From: Patellaria atrata CBS 101060
Taxonomy: Eukaryota
NCBI GenBank assembly: GCA_010093705.1
Contig: MU006094.1
Coordinates: forward strand, 781,550 to 845,549
Reading direction: 5' to 3'
Length of the DNA stretch: 64,000 nucleotides
Shown here: piece by piece, positions 11,709 to 24,626 of the stretch
How the letters are laid out: each line of letters begins with the position of its first letter
How positions within the stretch are numbered: position 1 is the stretch's first letter
The notes under the pieces: model-generated
Seen by the model: the letters and a program-made list of their open reading frames with translations, nothing else
Database searches by the model: none
What the model was told of the DNA's origin: nothing
Translations under genes and position numbers: made by a program

Positions 11709-14700
11709 TGGTCGTGTGTTGCGTTGCGTCATATTCAATGTACCTCCTAACAAATACAACCAAGAAGCACGCCGTTTACTGGATGAATCTTATGGAGTGC
11801 ACACCTCGGTTGAAGGGAGAGGTAAAAGGGATGCATATTCCAGTGATCACCGACTCCATGCCTTTACAAAGATAAGTTAAGGCACTGTAGAATCACGGAT
11901 TAGGAAGCCTATTTTTCGTTGAGTGACAACGGAGATTGGTACCTTTTGTATGAGGCCGCGGAGGTTTGCACGGGCAATATTACAACTAGACTCGGAAGTA
12001 GCGTCCTCACTCCGTACCTACCTATTAGTCGACAACTTCTTTCCTATCTAAGGGACACAAGCTCAAGTGGAGCAGTCGCTTTGGCGACGGGACGGGAGCA
12101 TCTTATGCAAGCATTCGGTACGATTTCAACTCAGGTACTCAAGTATCATTTTGAGATATAAGTATTGCAAACTCAGTATACAGTACTCAGTTACGAGCCT
12201 ATTGAGCTATTCTATGAGTCCTTGTATTCATGAATTAAAGAAGACTAAGGTGAGGACGTAGAACTTCGAATGGAAAGGGGAGGACCCAAGAGTTCCTCTC
12301 ATAACCCCGTGTGAACGTCACATGTACCCCTAAGGAAGGTGAAATCCATTGAGTTGTGTACAAGCGAAAATGATCTAAGCGAGAAAGAAAAGAAAATAAT
12401 GAAGACCGAAAGAACTCCATTATTCACATGTCTGAGAGGTATGATTTAGGAGAAGCAACGAATCAAATGGACTGGACCGCCGTCCCTGTAGATCCTGACC
12501 GAGTCCAAGATCAGACCTTGACATCCCACCCGATCATACAAGTAAGCCCAGGTAGTTTTCTAGCTAACGCTAATTCATAAAATCGCCGGAAGCACGTCAC
12601 TTTCACAACGGAAGCGGATTTCGACTTTGTGAGACCTTCAACGCGTGGCTCATGTTTTTTAAGGTAGGTTAGCACTAGAAACTACGGTACCCTAGCGTCA
12701 TGTGGCTTGCAGCCCTAAGATCGAAGGTAAACACCTCATCCTTTCGCGTTAAAGGCCAGATCGGAACATAGCCCGCTTAACGTCACACGCTCCAGACAGA
12801 TTCTAAATCTTTGCTTTTGTTCAGATTAAGATGCCTCGGTGGCTCCGTTTGCATGGTTGGCTGGCTTGGGACTACGATTTCGAAAGGATTTCTTTGGGTT
12901 CCCCTTTACGCTCACTCACATATCCCTTAGCGTCCACGGCGTCATAGCGCCTAACCCCTATGTTACTGTATGAACTATGTGACACGGCCATCTGTAGCAT
13001 AAGCTGTAGACCTTACAGTACATCTATAGGTACTTTAGATTTATCAAACTAAGTAGGTGCCTTTTTCGGCAAGTCTGAAATGACCCCACTATGAGAAGCC
13101 TTCTCCTCTTGAGGAATGTGCTCGTGTTTAGGGTTTCGCCTCAAGGCAAAAGGCCGAGCATATAGCCGTTCCTGGTAGACAGGCCGTTATTTAACAGCTT
13201 ATGCTCCGATATCATCGTGTCCGTGTCCTATAAATTGCTCACTCTTTGAGTTGTTATTCGACGAAAGATCAATCTATACGTGTCTTTCCCCAAAGCTATT
13301 CCTCGGACTCCACTAAATAGATAAGTGCATACGGATAGAAAACATACCTTTACACCTGGAAACCCTTGGTAATACATTCATGACGGTCTGCCTATACAAC
13401 GATTGTATGTTTACGTGAGATAGAAGACGGCTAGGGAAAACGATAACGTCCGCCGTATAAATGCTTGGATCAAGGTTCATGTGTTAAATGATCGAAATTA
13501 ATCAATCCTTGGATGTCCAAAGTTCCGCTATCCTGAGGATCCTATTTGTTAGATTGTCAAGAGTAGTCGATAGTGCGGTAAAAAAAAAAATAACGAAGAA
13601 TCTCTCAAACAAAAGTGAAACAAGGTGAAGGTCTTATTAACTATTTCACTCGTAGGATACAAGGTGCCGTAGAGAGTTCCCGCTTTATAGTTCTTAGATG
13701 GGATAAAGGTGTCCAATTTTCCTAAAGACTGATATAACCTAGAGGGACTAGCATCTAGACTGTCTGCATATGAACTGTATGGCTGGTTAAGAATTAGAGT
13801 TGAACGAAGGTGGGGGATAGAGAAGGATGGGGTGGTGCTCTCGTGGGTTTTGTAAAAAGCTAGAAAGGGGTTCACCTGAATGTTAGCAGGAATATACTTC
13901 CTTCCTAATGTAGTAGTGTTGTGAAGAGAACTAACAGACAGCTGTGAACTACTTCCCCAGACAATTTCTTCAAGAAGGAGAATGCTCTTCTGCTGTACTG
14001 TAAGTGGATCGAAGAGAAATCCGTGATTCTGCAGGCCCAGAGGACACGCGTGGTCAGGACCGACCTCTCAGGTTCCAAAACAGCATTGCTTTTCCTCGAT
14101 CCTTTTGAAAGAAGATAGAAACGAGTACGTCTCACAAAAAGAAAATACGTGCTCGAAACTCTAGACAGAGAATACGGAAAACAAACTTTCACAAGGCGCA
14201 CAGAGCGAGGTTAGTACTGGTTACTACCGTATTTTTTTTAAGAGACGTTTCATCTGCTAAGATCGCTTTATCAAATTTTTTGTTGGGTGCATAAACGTGA
14301 AAGACTATACCACGGAGGAAAAACTTTGCTTGAGATATTAAACAAGGATGATAAGTGGTACGAGACAGTGGTACAAACTCAATAAAATAGGCTATGATAG
14401 GTGCCCTTGCCGAAAGTCGAAAAGGTGAGCACTCCAGGATCTCTTTTCCAAAAGGGTAAACCTTACAGGTTGGTGATAGAATAAACCAAACGTTAAACAT
14501 GCCAGCACCCAGAATGAAGTGATAAAAATAACGAGGGTTGCCTCCTGTCAGTATTACAGTCGGTGTCACCACCATGTCCCAGTATCTTATTAGTTATCGA
14601 AGCGTGGTATTATTTGACTCTGAGAATGATCTTAACGGCCTTATGCAGTGTGCTTGCAACCTTTCTGGGTTTCCTTGTGCCGGGAGCATCCTCAATGTCA

Positions 14701-17700
14701 TGGTCTAGGCTCATTTACAGGATGTAACCCCATTTCCTAAGTAGTTCGGAACAGCTCTGCTCGAAGTCCAATACAGACTAGGTTCAACGGGATCAAGTAT
14801 ATCTTGGAGTCTTTGATGGTCAATAGGTCGATGGAGTTGGCACTGGAGCTGGACCGCGCCTCACTTATGTAAGGCTCAGGAGGAAAAGAAGAACTTTACA
14901 AACGCCTTCGGGTTTCGGAGCGACGATGGCGTTCATCCATTGCAGTATGCGAAAGAGATATCCTTGAGGTGTAGCCTATCTGCAATAATAGAAACCCGTG
15001 GATTGCTTTTCATGTGGACTCAAGACAGTGGCAAGGAAAGGGAAAAGTTGTTCACAAGAGAGACTCAATATGCAAAACCGCTAAAGAAAACAATCTGTAA
15101 GGTAGCCTTGCTTGTCGAACGCCGTTCTAGGATTAACTTGACGATGCATTGTTTGAGATAAACAACAGCTGAAGAGTGATGACAATCATTTCCAGTTGGT
15201 GATGTTCCCCCGCTGGGTGTTTCAAGTTTGAGAGTGGCAAGGCAACGTGGATTTCATGAACACATGGCGATGGCAAAAAGCACGGGATAAAAGCAAAGTG
15301 GGTAACGAATCCTTTCAAAGCTTTCAATCTCCTCCAGCGCGCAACTCCAGTAATCTGGTACTGGTAACAACCGGGAAGAAAAAGCAGATGGCGATTTGTA
15401 GTAAATCTAATATGCTGATCACTTCCCCGTCCCGACCCTCGGGAAAAATTCCAGAGAAGATCGGAGACAGCGAAGCAACACAGCGTCACGCCTTGCATAT
15501 CTCAGCTGTCATTTGGCCACTGATTAAATGATACGCTGGCACGAGTTCACAGGGAAAAGGATAATGGAGAGATACTAGATAATACGGAGTAAAAGTAAAA
15601 CTAGGTAGGTAAGTAGCGATACAAGGAGGGTACGCCTAGTATCACAGATGCTGTAACCCGTATAAAGTAACTTTAAGTTCCCCCGTATGCAACATAAGTA
15701 CCTCAGAATGCAACCAAGGATGCAGGAACGGGGGGCTTGTTCTAGCACCCTGTACTGCTAGACTCGGAGGTGTTTGACTTGCTGCATGAAACAGAAAAGA
15801 AAACAACATGACTATACAGTAGTACAGTAGCAAGAAAGGTTCGGTGAATTAATAAATGATTTTGTTACAGTATGGGTTCAGGCTACCTAGTACTCCAGTC
15901 AACTTACAAACAGGAATTAAGGAGAGGGTTGCTGACCTTCCCTTGCCGGATCCGAGGTCGCGCATATTCCCTTGCTATCTTGTATATTCTTGTTAATATG
16001 CATCTAGTCGTTCCAGCATTCTAACAACCTTTAAGGCATCCCTCGGATGCGGTCATTCTACCCGCGTAATTCAGGCTATCTAAAGGTAAAGAGACGAATG
16101 TGAATCCCTCATAGACTTAACACCCCTTTTACCCCAGAAGACCCAAACCTTTCAAATAATCAGACACCCGGCTGTTGGCGGCGGAGAACTATCCCGCTAC
16201 AATGGGCACCAATTACATCTTATCCTACAGGGGGACTTTATATTTGGTCAAGCTTTTCGTCATCCGAAGACCAGTTTGGGGTCTAATTGTGTGGAGAGGA
16301 GAGACACCATGCACGTCGACACTCGACTGTCAACTGTTCTCTCGGAATAACTCACAACACACCCCTAACCTTCGAAGGGGCTCTGGAATCCAAATACGAT
16401 CGCTGTATAGTCGGACTAGTCGCTTAATCCAGCACTCTGGCTACGTCTACAGCAAGACCCTAGGACCTGACCTGCTGATAACCTTCCAGAGGAGACTAGA
16501 GCGAGGAATGATGATTCGTTTTTACAAATTCTGATAGCAAGCTAACAGTTTAGTTCAAGAGTGATAATCCATACCGATAGAGGGCAAGAAGACCAAGAGC
16601 GATTGATCGTCCAGTGTGAGATTATCATTACGAGGGAAAAGAACTGGGAGTTATTATTATCACTCCTACCTTACCTTAAGGTAGAACTACGGAAGTGTGG
16701 AGTATGTTCTTCCGTACAGGCTGGCAAAAGCTCGCACCTCAGCGCCATCCGCGCAAGGCGAAGACCACGTTGATGTCGCAGGATTATTCCCATCACTGTG
16801 TATGCCATGTGACGATCTCACAATCCTGCATATGTGCCCTTATTATTTCCCATTTCCCCTGCAAGTACGGCCAATTATCTTGCGAGGATCGGATTACCTC
16901 TGGCCTATCAGGCTATCATCAGGGAAACAAGAGCCTGCGTGCTGGGTGTCAGAAAAAGCAATCGTCTCAAACGCTGCGTACAGAAAAGCAGCGCCAGGAG
17001 CTATTTCTGGAGCGGTTAACCTAACGGACGCCCACGATTTGCTTTGATGGCGCTGATGGCGTACCGGTCGACTTATTACCTCTATGGGCCATGACGCTAC
17101 CGGACCGAAGTGCAAAAGAAAGGAGCTCGTTTGTTCGATATTATTGACAACCTGTAAACGTTTAAGGGAATGATCTGTACAGTACACTACATGGTAATTT
17201 GCGTGTACAACACGGCTAATCGTCCTTTAGATTACTCCATACACTCGCCTCGTAACTCCTGATTATGAGTAGTTCCAGTTGCTTCCGCTGGCGGGTTCAG
17301 GGCATAAGGCTGGGAAAAGGTCTACCTCCATACCTCGCTGTTCCACTCCTCTTTCAGCACCATACGGAATTTTGGAAACCTCCGATATGACACCGACAGG
17401 CGTTGACATAGGTTACGGTGAAATGGACGCTAGTTTACCAGAAATTCTCGCATTAAATGGTAGTGACCGAGCTCCGTTCACGAAGCTGGTTAAGGTAGGT
17501 TATTCCTTGCAAGTTTCAACCCCTATGCTCCTCCACAGTACTGGTAGACTGAGAATCCAACCCTCATTCCAACCCTTAATCCCTTATCCTAAGCCTCGTG
17601 GCATGGCCTCATCATGGCATCGTTTTGGGCTTGCTTGCATGCATGGGTGTAATTTTGGTGGGGATAGTGCTTCGGCCCATAGCGACATCCCGCACACCAA

Positions 17701-18573
17701 GGTCACCAACGAGATACTAGCGCATCCAGGAGTTTGAAAAGTTGACCTTCCCATATGGTAAAAGATCGGCTCTGATGAAGCCAAGTGAACCAGGGCCTTG
17801 GGCCAATCTGACGCCGCTCTTTGTTGTTCTCTCACGGGGCATGGCCTTGGTGTATCGAATGTTATTAAGGAAATTTAGGAGTCCCTTCTTTGCATTCGCC
17901 ACAATGATAAATCGTCGTCAATAATGAGCAAAACAAGGCAAGATACGTAAGAATTTCAAGCCTGCACTTGTTTTCCTTTCTTTTTCGCTCTAATCCCAAT
18001 CTTACAACTCGACCCTGAGCACCGGTTCATGTACGTTACTGTACGTCTTTAACAACTTACTCGGAAATTCCGAGGCTTCCCACGGCTCCCTAGTTCTAAG
18101 GTACTCCTGTACTCATCACTCGCATGGTCCCCTTCCATCATACTTCTCCCGCCTTCTGATCCTCACTCTAGTAGATCTTAACACTACAATAGACCTTTCC
18201 TCCACTCTCTCTGTGTTACCATTGCCGTTTCTTTCACACTAACTCTAAACCCTCCTATCAGTCTGGTCTGACTCGTTACACCTAAAACCCCTACCTTTCA
18301 CTGATCTCTCAACGGCCCCCGCTTGCAATCTTCCTATGTGAAGGGCGGATCCAAGTTCAACTTCATCTTGATCATCGTTAGGGAAGAACTGTCCGTGTAA
18401 ATAGTACCCTTTCCCTTCACACCAATCCAGATTTCTGGATCAAATCGTATGCGGCTATTTGACGGGACTTCGCAAGCCACGTTGTGTTGATGCGGGACGG
18501 CCCATCGGCTCCTAGATTTGCGTGTGTATCTGTTTTCTCGACAGATGGGACTGGCTTTTGAATCATCATTTCT

Positions 18574-20083
18574 ATGGCAGTTGGACCACATCGAAGATCT
18601 AAACCGAAGCGAACGGAGGAGAGTCCAGTATCTAGACGTAAAGGGACTAAAAGAACCGATATCATCAGCGGCATGACCTTGGATCGCGCTTCGCAAAGTA
18701 CTGTAATGAAAGATCTCGAAGTTGATTCTCCACCTCTTGAAAATGAGGCCTCAGAGCAGCATCACAGAAATCCACTGGATCAGGCAACTACCAATGCATC
18801 ATCTACTAAAAAGCAAAAGTCAAATAAAGGAAAGGCACCGGCAGACTTACGGCGTTCACTTTCAACACCGCACATGCGTGGATTCCCAGCATCGGAGACG
18901 GATTTATCTTCACCCACGACGGAAAAGAGGAGAAACAAGCTTGGCTATCACAGGACATCTGTCGCATGTGGTAAGTTGATAAATACCTGGGACTTTTTTC
19001 TACTTCAAGTACAGTTTGTTTGACGAACCTAGGACATTGTCGAAGAAGAAAGATAAGGTGTTTACTTGCACCGAACGATCCTCAAGGGCGCTGCTCAAAT
19101 TGCATTCGCCTCAAAAAAGAATGTAATTTTTATCCCGTGGAGCAGCAACACCCAAGTGTTCTTCGACCACAGGTCACGCCAAAACGTGAAGTGCTTTCAT
19201 CTGCTCAGCCCAATTCAACTCCGACATCCCCTCGTCCTTCATCTACCATAGGATATGATCGCATTGATGATTTCAGTTCGTACTCACAGCTCAAGGAAGT
19301 GGACAGCCACGGCCTGTCACTCCCATCATCTGAAGAAAGTCCGAGCCCCGCATTACAAGGGAACACTGGTAGGTTATATTCATTTCGCAGAAGTCAGGGG
19401 TTAACGTGACAATAGCATCTTTGCACCATTCGATATATCCCTTTCCGGCGCCACTGGACCATCAAAGTTGGGCGCAGGCACAGCTGAACCATCCTACCTC
19501 GGCGCCCCGAGAAAGTCCGGAGAATATGTCACCTACCGGATACTGGAGTCCGAATCAGCCTGTCACTTCACATTCTTTTTCTAATATGTCCAAACAAGCA
19601 GTGATTCAACCTGCTTCCGCATTGAATGCAAACCAAATATTTTCATTCGCTCATCCAGGAGAGGCACATGGTTGGATGCCACCAACGCGTTCGATGTCAT
19701 ATGGCCAGGTAGAAGGCCTATCCCATAGCTACCCCATGCATCATCCGAATCCGGAACTTGTAAGATCTAGGCCATCCCCATTCCCTCACACTCCTGCCCT
19801 AGATACGAGTAGTAGTTCTGTAACTACTCTAGCATCTCTCGGACAACCTTCTGGAGCATTATCTGCGCCTGCGGGCGCTTCTGTCATCTCACCTTATGAT
19901 TATCAATCAGGTTGGGTTCCATATGGCGGACAAAGCCAATCTAGCCATATTCCTACACAAAGCCCTATGTCCTTCGGATCCCAGTGGTATCCGGATCCAT
20001 CACAACAGCTCGAAAAGGTAGATGAGGAACAACTATCATCCGTTCCGTACCACTACTATCAGGATCCTCATCCTCACGGTTGA
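18574..20083 (+). CDS. Zn(II)2Cys6 binuclear-cluster transcription factor
   Basis: Exons 18574-18970, 19033-19368 and 19416-20083. The spliced cluster reads RNKLGYHRTSVAC|GHCRRRKIRCLLAPNDPQGRCSNCIRLKKEC. An alternative start ATG lies at 18673. Confidence 0.9.
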
Positions 20084-23000
20084 GGGGACTTTCTCTATCT
20101 GTTATCGTTTACTATTGACTCCATTCACTCTATTTGCCGTATAATGAGCAGGGCCACCATTCGTTTCTCTTCCTGACGAAAGTCAAAATCAAGGGGCAAC
20201 AGCGACCAGTCTGAGGCCACCGAGTTCCAAATCCTGCATACCCCAGGATCTATCGTTTGTGGAGATGTCGAAGATCGACTCGAACTTGGCGCTTTAAGAC
20301 CGTCAAATAAACAGGAAGAATGCAGAAATTTCTGCAAGCGACATCAAATTAGCCCTAGTTCAGAAGGCAGCGAGAGAGGTTGTAGCGGTCACCGGTATGT
20401 GACCTTGTAGATGTAAAAGTAATGATTGATTCCAGCATGATAGACATGTTTATGGAGCGTTGTTTCCCCAGGAGGCATATAAGATCAGAAGTTTTGAGCC
20501 TCGCCTTATAGAGATTGGTCATTTTTCAATGAGCAATAGAGTGGGGCCATGAGGAACATAAATTTTTATTTTCACCTAGCAGAACTTTCCTCACCAAGCT
20601 TATATTTGACATGGTTGTAACCAGCTACACACTTCCTCTGGTCTTATTTTTGACACTTACTGTAATGATCGTTCATTGTTATCTAACCCCTATTAAGTCA
20701 GACGTTATCATCCCTAGTCGTAGAGGAACAGATATCTGGACATCATAGCATTTCACAAGGGCAGTTTAGTCAAAAAATAAACGATCTAGAGACCTATATC
20801 TTTAATCGGTGTCTCTGGAGTATGATATGGGAGTACGTAATAAACCAGACCAAAACTCCCTAACAGACGAGACTTCCATGAAGCACTTCGCCGGCGGCTT
20901 TAAGCCCACTCCCAAGGTACATACCCCGACCTCAGTCATGTACGGTAATATAATTTAACAACTGCCACACTACTGGGAAATGCTAGGTTGCATGAAGATG
21001 TAAAGCATCCAGCTGCAGACCCTAGCAACAACAGGCAATCTACTCTGTATCTAAGGACTATGGAACTGTCAGTTGCCATATTCATGATATGATACAGATA
21101 TCTCTCACTGTCGGTCTATTTTGGCCCCAAGCTCCGTAAGTTGTCGACCAATCCCACATAAAGATCAACATGTAGGCAGGTCAACAACTTAGCTGAAACA
21201 CCACCACACTCTCCCAGACGTGCCGTTCCGACAACGGCTGCGGACCACCCTAGTCAGGGTAGCTTACTATAACAATTGCCGTTTATAGATATTTCTTTGT
21301 AGTTTGTCATCCCACGATCTTAATCCCTCAACGCATACCCGGCACCAGTTACACGATCTATTTCGGTCATGCCGTAAGATATAGTTTTTGTACTACTCTA
21401 TCTGGTTGCGACTATCCTCTCTTTTAAATCACTGTGGGGTCTTTTATCATTGGTTCTATCTGAAGCAGCTTGCTACTGTCAGTCTATAAACACTAAACCT
21501 AGCATCATCACCGAGGTTCTACTACGATATGCGTTGCAACCAGTCCCACAAGTTCCGATGCAGAGTGATGGGCGGGGACAATGATATGCCGTATTATGGA
21601 TTCACTGGTCGTTGCTGTCTCGGTCCCATTATGCCCATGTCTTCCCTTCGCTCCTGCCGTTGAGCCGTTCCACGCTCTATACCTTCACCCGCCTATCTCC
21701 GTGAATTTCTTATTGCTCTTATCATGCCTAAGGTACCTTAAGGTAGGTTGTCGACAGAGAGAGTATCGAAGCCAGCAACTTATGGATCACTCCTTTTCTT
21801 GATGTCTACTTGCTCCCTCTCTCCCGACCTCCCGTCATAGGGAAGACCTATAACTTTTCTTCATCATCAAACAATCTATCCCTTTCCCTCCGTTATGAGT
21901 TTCGGAACGATATCGTCTCTTGTCAGGGCTAGCCCGTCTTACCATGCATCAGATACTCAAATATCTGACTTTCCGACCCATTCAGAGGTCTCTTTATTCA
22001 CGTTCGGTTCGCAACTTCCCAGTCTTCTCCGTAGTCACTAAAAATAAAGAATGAGCGTGAAACTCTACGGCTTTGCTCTGATGCTTGGATCGAGGTAGCC
22101 AGCTACTTCTCCACTCAGCTCACTTCTTGACGTGCTCCAGTGGAGGTATGTCTAGTCATACAGAAGTCCACAACCTAGCACCTACGTGTCATAACTCTCC
22201 GACTTAACTGAAAGTCAATCCACCATTTATGTCATATTGGGGTCTTTTCTTCTTCCTGATCTCCATTACCTTACCGTCCTCCCAACCTTTCACCAGTGAA
22301 CTATCCGTTACTGGTGTCTCAGGGGTACCATCGAGGACTAGCAAATTTGACATTGAGTAAAAAGCTATTGACTACAGAGACTTGTGTGATCTCATCGGCG
22401 GATTTGACAACACACAGCGCGAATCCAATACCCCTATATTTCCATCAGTGAAGTTGAGTACGCCTATTACTTGCGCCTTCTTTGGTTAAATGGACAGGCT
22501 ACAATGAATCTTCGTTTAACCCGATAGATTCAGCGCCTAATCCAAACAGAATTGGAGAAGTGGAGGCGACAATTGTCAAGTTTCACGTAAGAATAGTGCC
22601 TAGTGGGAGCAGAGTATTGCCCAAGGTGGGAAGGACATTCCAAACTCACTTGGACGCTCTTCAGGTTCGAAAAGGAACCACTTGGTTCAAGGTCATATTT
22701 GTCAGTAATCATGTTATCCCCAGTCGTAGAAGCAAGGACAAAGAATAAGTTGACTCATTAATACATGAAGACATTAAACATCTTTCCCTTTCGATCCACT
22801 GAGTCCACTCCCTCCATCATTCGTATTTCGACGACATAAACGCAGTATGACAGCGTCTAGTCCCCATCTCCAGTTTCTCACTACCTTAGAGACTTGAAAC
22901 CGAGCTTTGGTTTCTCTTAATCCCCTCACAGTATCCCACATCCTGTCAGCTTTGTTGAACTTCCCATTGCTACTTAACCCGCAGTCGGCGAGATGTTTGC

Positions 23001-23299
23001 TGTGAAACTATGGCACATTAAGAAAAAGGTCAAGGATAATAGATCAAAGTTATGGAATCAAGTGTATATTTGCTCCCATAGGGACGTAGAGCATTATGGA
23101 AGCAAAAGTAATCCGAAAATAGCGGGAACGGTTCTACCTAAAGGATCTTATACCTCCGTACACGTCTGATTTTCCTGGGTGAGGGCGTACCTTCTCCATC
23201 CTCGAGCGTTTCTTCCCTTTGCGGAAAGAACCCCCCTAACCGCACTTTCCCAAACCGATCTCCCACCTGCACTTTATGATTTCCGAATCTCGCTTGGCA

Positions 23300-23527
23300 C
23301 TTCGAATTCTCACGGGCGAATAGCCTAATGGTAAAACGCGGTACTTGTATCAAGTCAACTTCCTGCGTTGCAACTGGTATGTGGGTGTTTCCCCCGGTTG
23401 TGGCTGCCTAAGGACACTCACTTGAGATTTCAGAAGGAAACGAACACCATGCATTCTACGTTGAGTTAATTCGCCACAGAAAAATCAGTTCACCTGGTAT
23501 TCTGGGACCCTTCGGGGTCTTCTTTTT
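23300..23527 (+). ncRNA. SRP (7SL) RNA-like structured element, probably a degenerate copy
   Basis: Nested pairings GGCGAAT(23315)/ATTCGCC(23469), TCAAGT(23350)/ACTTGA(23420) and GCAACTGG(23370)/CCGGTTGT(23394). Helix-8-like CAG..GGAAAC..ACA at 23431-23446, terminal GACCC-TTCG-GGGTC hairpin followed by a T-run, and B-box-like TTCGAATTC at 23301. No 5' GCTGTAATGGC Alu motif was found. Confidence 0.55.
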
Positions 23528-24626
23528 GTGTTTTTTTTTTTTTTGCTCCATGGGTCACCCACCCTTCTTTTATCTGGATACACGTGCGATTATCTAAAAC
23601 TACTTTACAATAATAAGTTTCTTTTTACTCTCTTTTACTACTCGTAGCTTTTCCTTTCTTCTCTTTGAGTCGTTCTTTTTGTAGATGGGGGTAGATGAGG
23701 TAGGATGACTTCGCTGTAATTACGAGGGCGCGTCCTTAACTCTGTAAAAGCCCTATATGAAAAAAACAAATCAAGACGAAGCTCACAAATAATCTATCTT
23801 TTATTTCATTGATGATCACTGGACGAAGAATAAGAGAAACTAAATGCGAAAGCGACGCCTTCTGTTCCGCTGGACATGATGGCCAGATTAACCCAGAGAA
23901 GCAGTTCGAAGCAAACCTTTCATGATTGAGACATAACGATAGTACGTCATGTACCTAACACTATATAGATAAAACTAGACGTCTAAATAAACCGACGCAC
24001 TCAAGGCATTGCGACTGTGAAACACGAAGTTCAACGCCGACTTCCTCGTTCCGCATACCCCTTCGAGTGACCAAAGAACAGAGCAGCTGGTGTCCGAATC
24101 CTTCGAATTGTTTGCTGACCTCGAAGTGTGGATGTGCGTACAGAGTTATGAAGAGATACGTTATGAGAAGAGGTTCCACCATTGCGGAAAAGGAGATCTT
24201 GGTTCTTGGGATCGATGCATCTCAACTCTATCTCGCTCGGATCTACGGCTAACCGGTTGCGGGATAGGCAAAACGCACGGCGCCACCGCTGGGTCGGTTC
24301 GCACTATGATGGCGTACCTAGACCACGAGGATGCTTTTTGTGCTTTGCTGGCGCAGTGTCCAGAGGAGAATGGTCGCTGTTCGAAAAATCCTGCTTTGAA
24401 AGGGGTGGATGCGCATTCTGGGAAGCGTGCACAATCATCACGGCATCAGGAACGGTGTTTGAGCTAAAGTGAATCTCACATTAGCTTACCCACATACTTT
24501 TTGATCGACTTAACAAGTCGGCACGTAGTTTAACTGTACCAAATTATAAGTTTTTTGTCGTTCAATCATGAGAAATCAGAATAACTAATCCACGTCGATT
24601 CGGTCTCGAGCCAGCTGAACAGACAT

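Noticed and set aside
13128..13135. Telomerase RNA template (AACCCTAA here, CCCTAACC near 23234)
   Set aside because: Neither is a full TAACCCTAA and I see no pseudoknot or CR4/5 support; 8-mers are expected by chance in 64 kb.
23314..23476. tRNA gene (GGCGAA..TAGCCTAATGG A-box-like start, TTCGCCA end)
   Set aside because: The D-stem does not pair and there is no TTCRA T-loop before the 3' stem; an SRP-like fold explains the pairing better.
24090..24467. 125-aa ORF convergent with the GAD pseudogene
   Set aside because: No ATG start or convincing upstream exon and no recognisable motif; cannot be supported.
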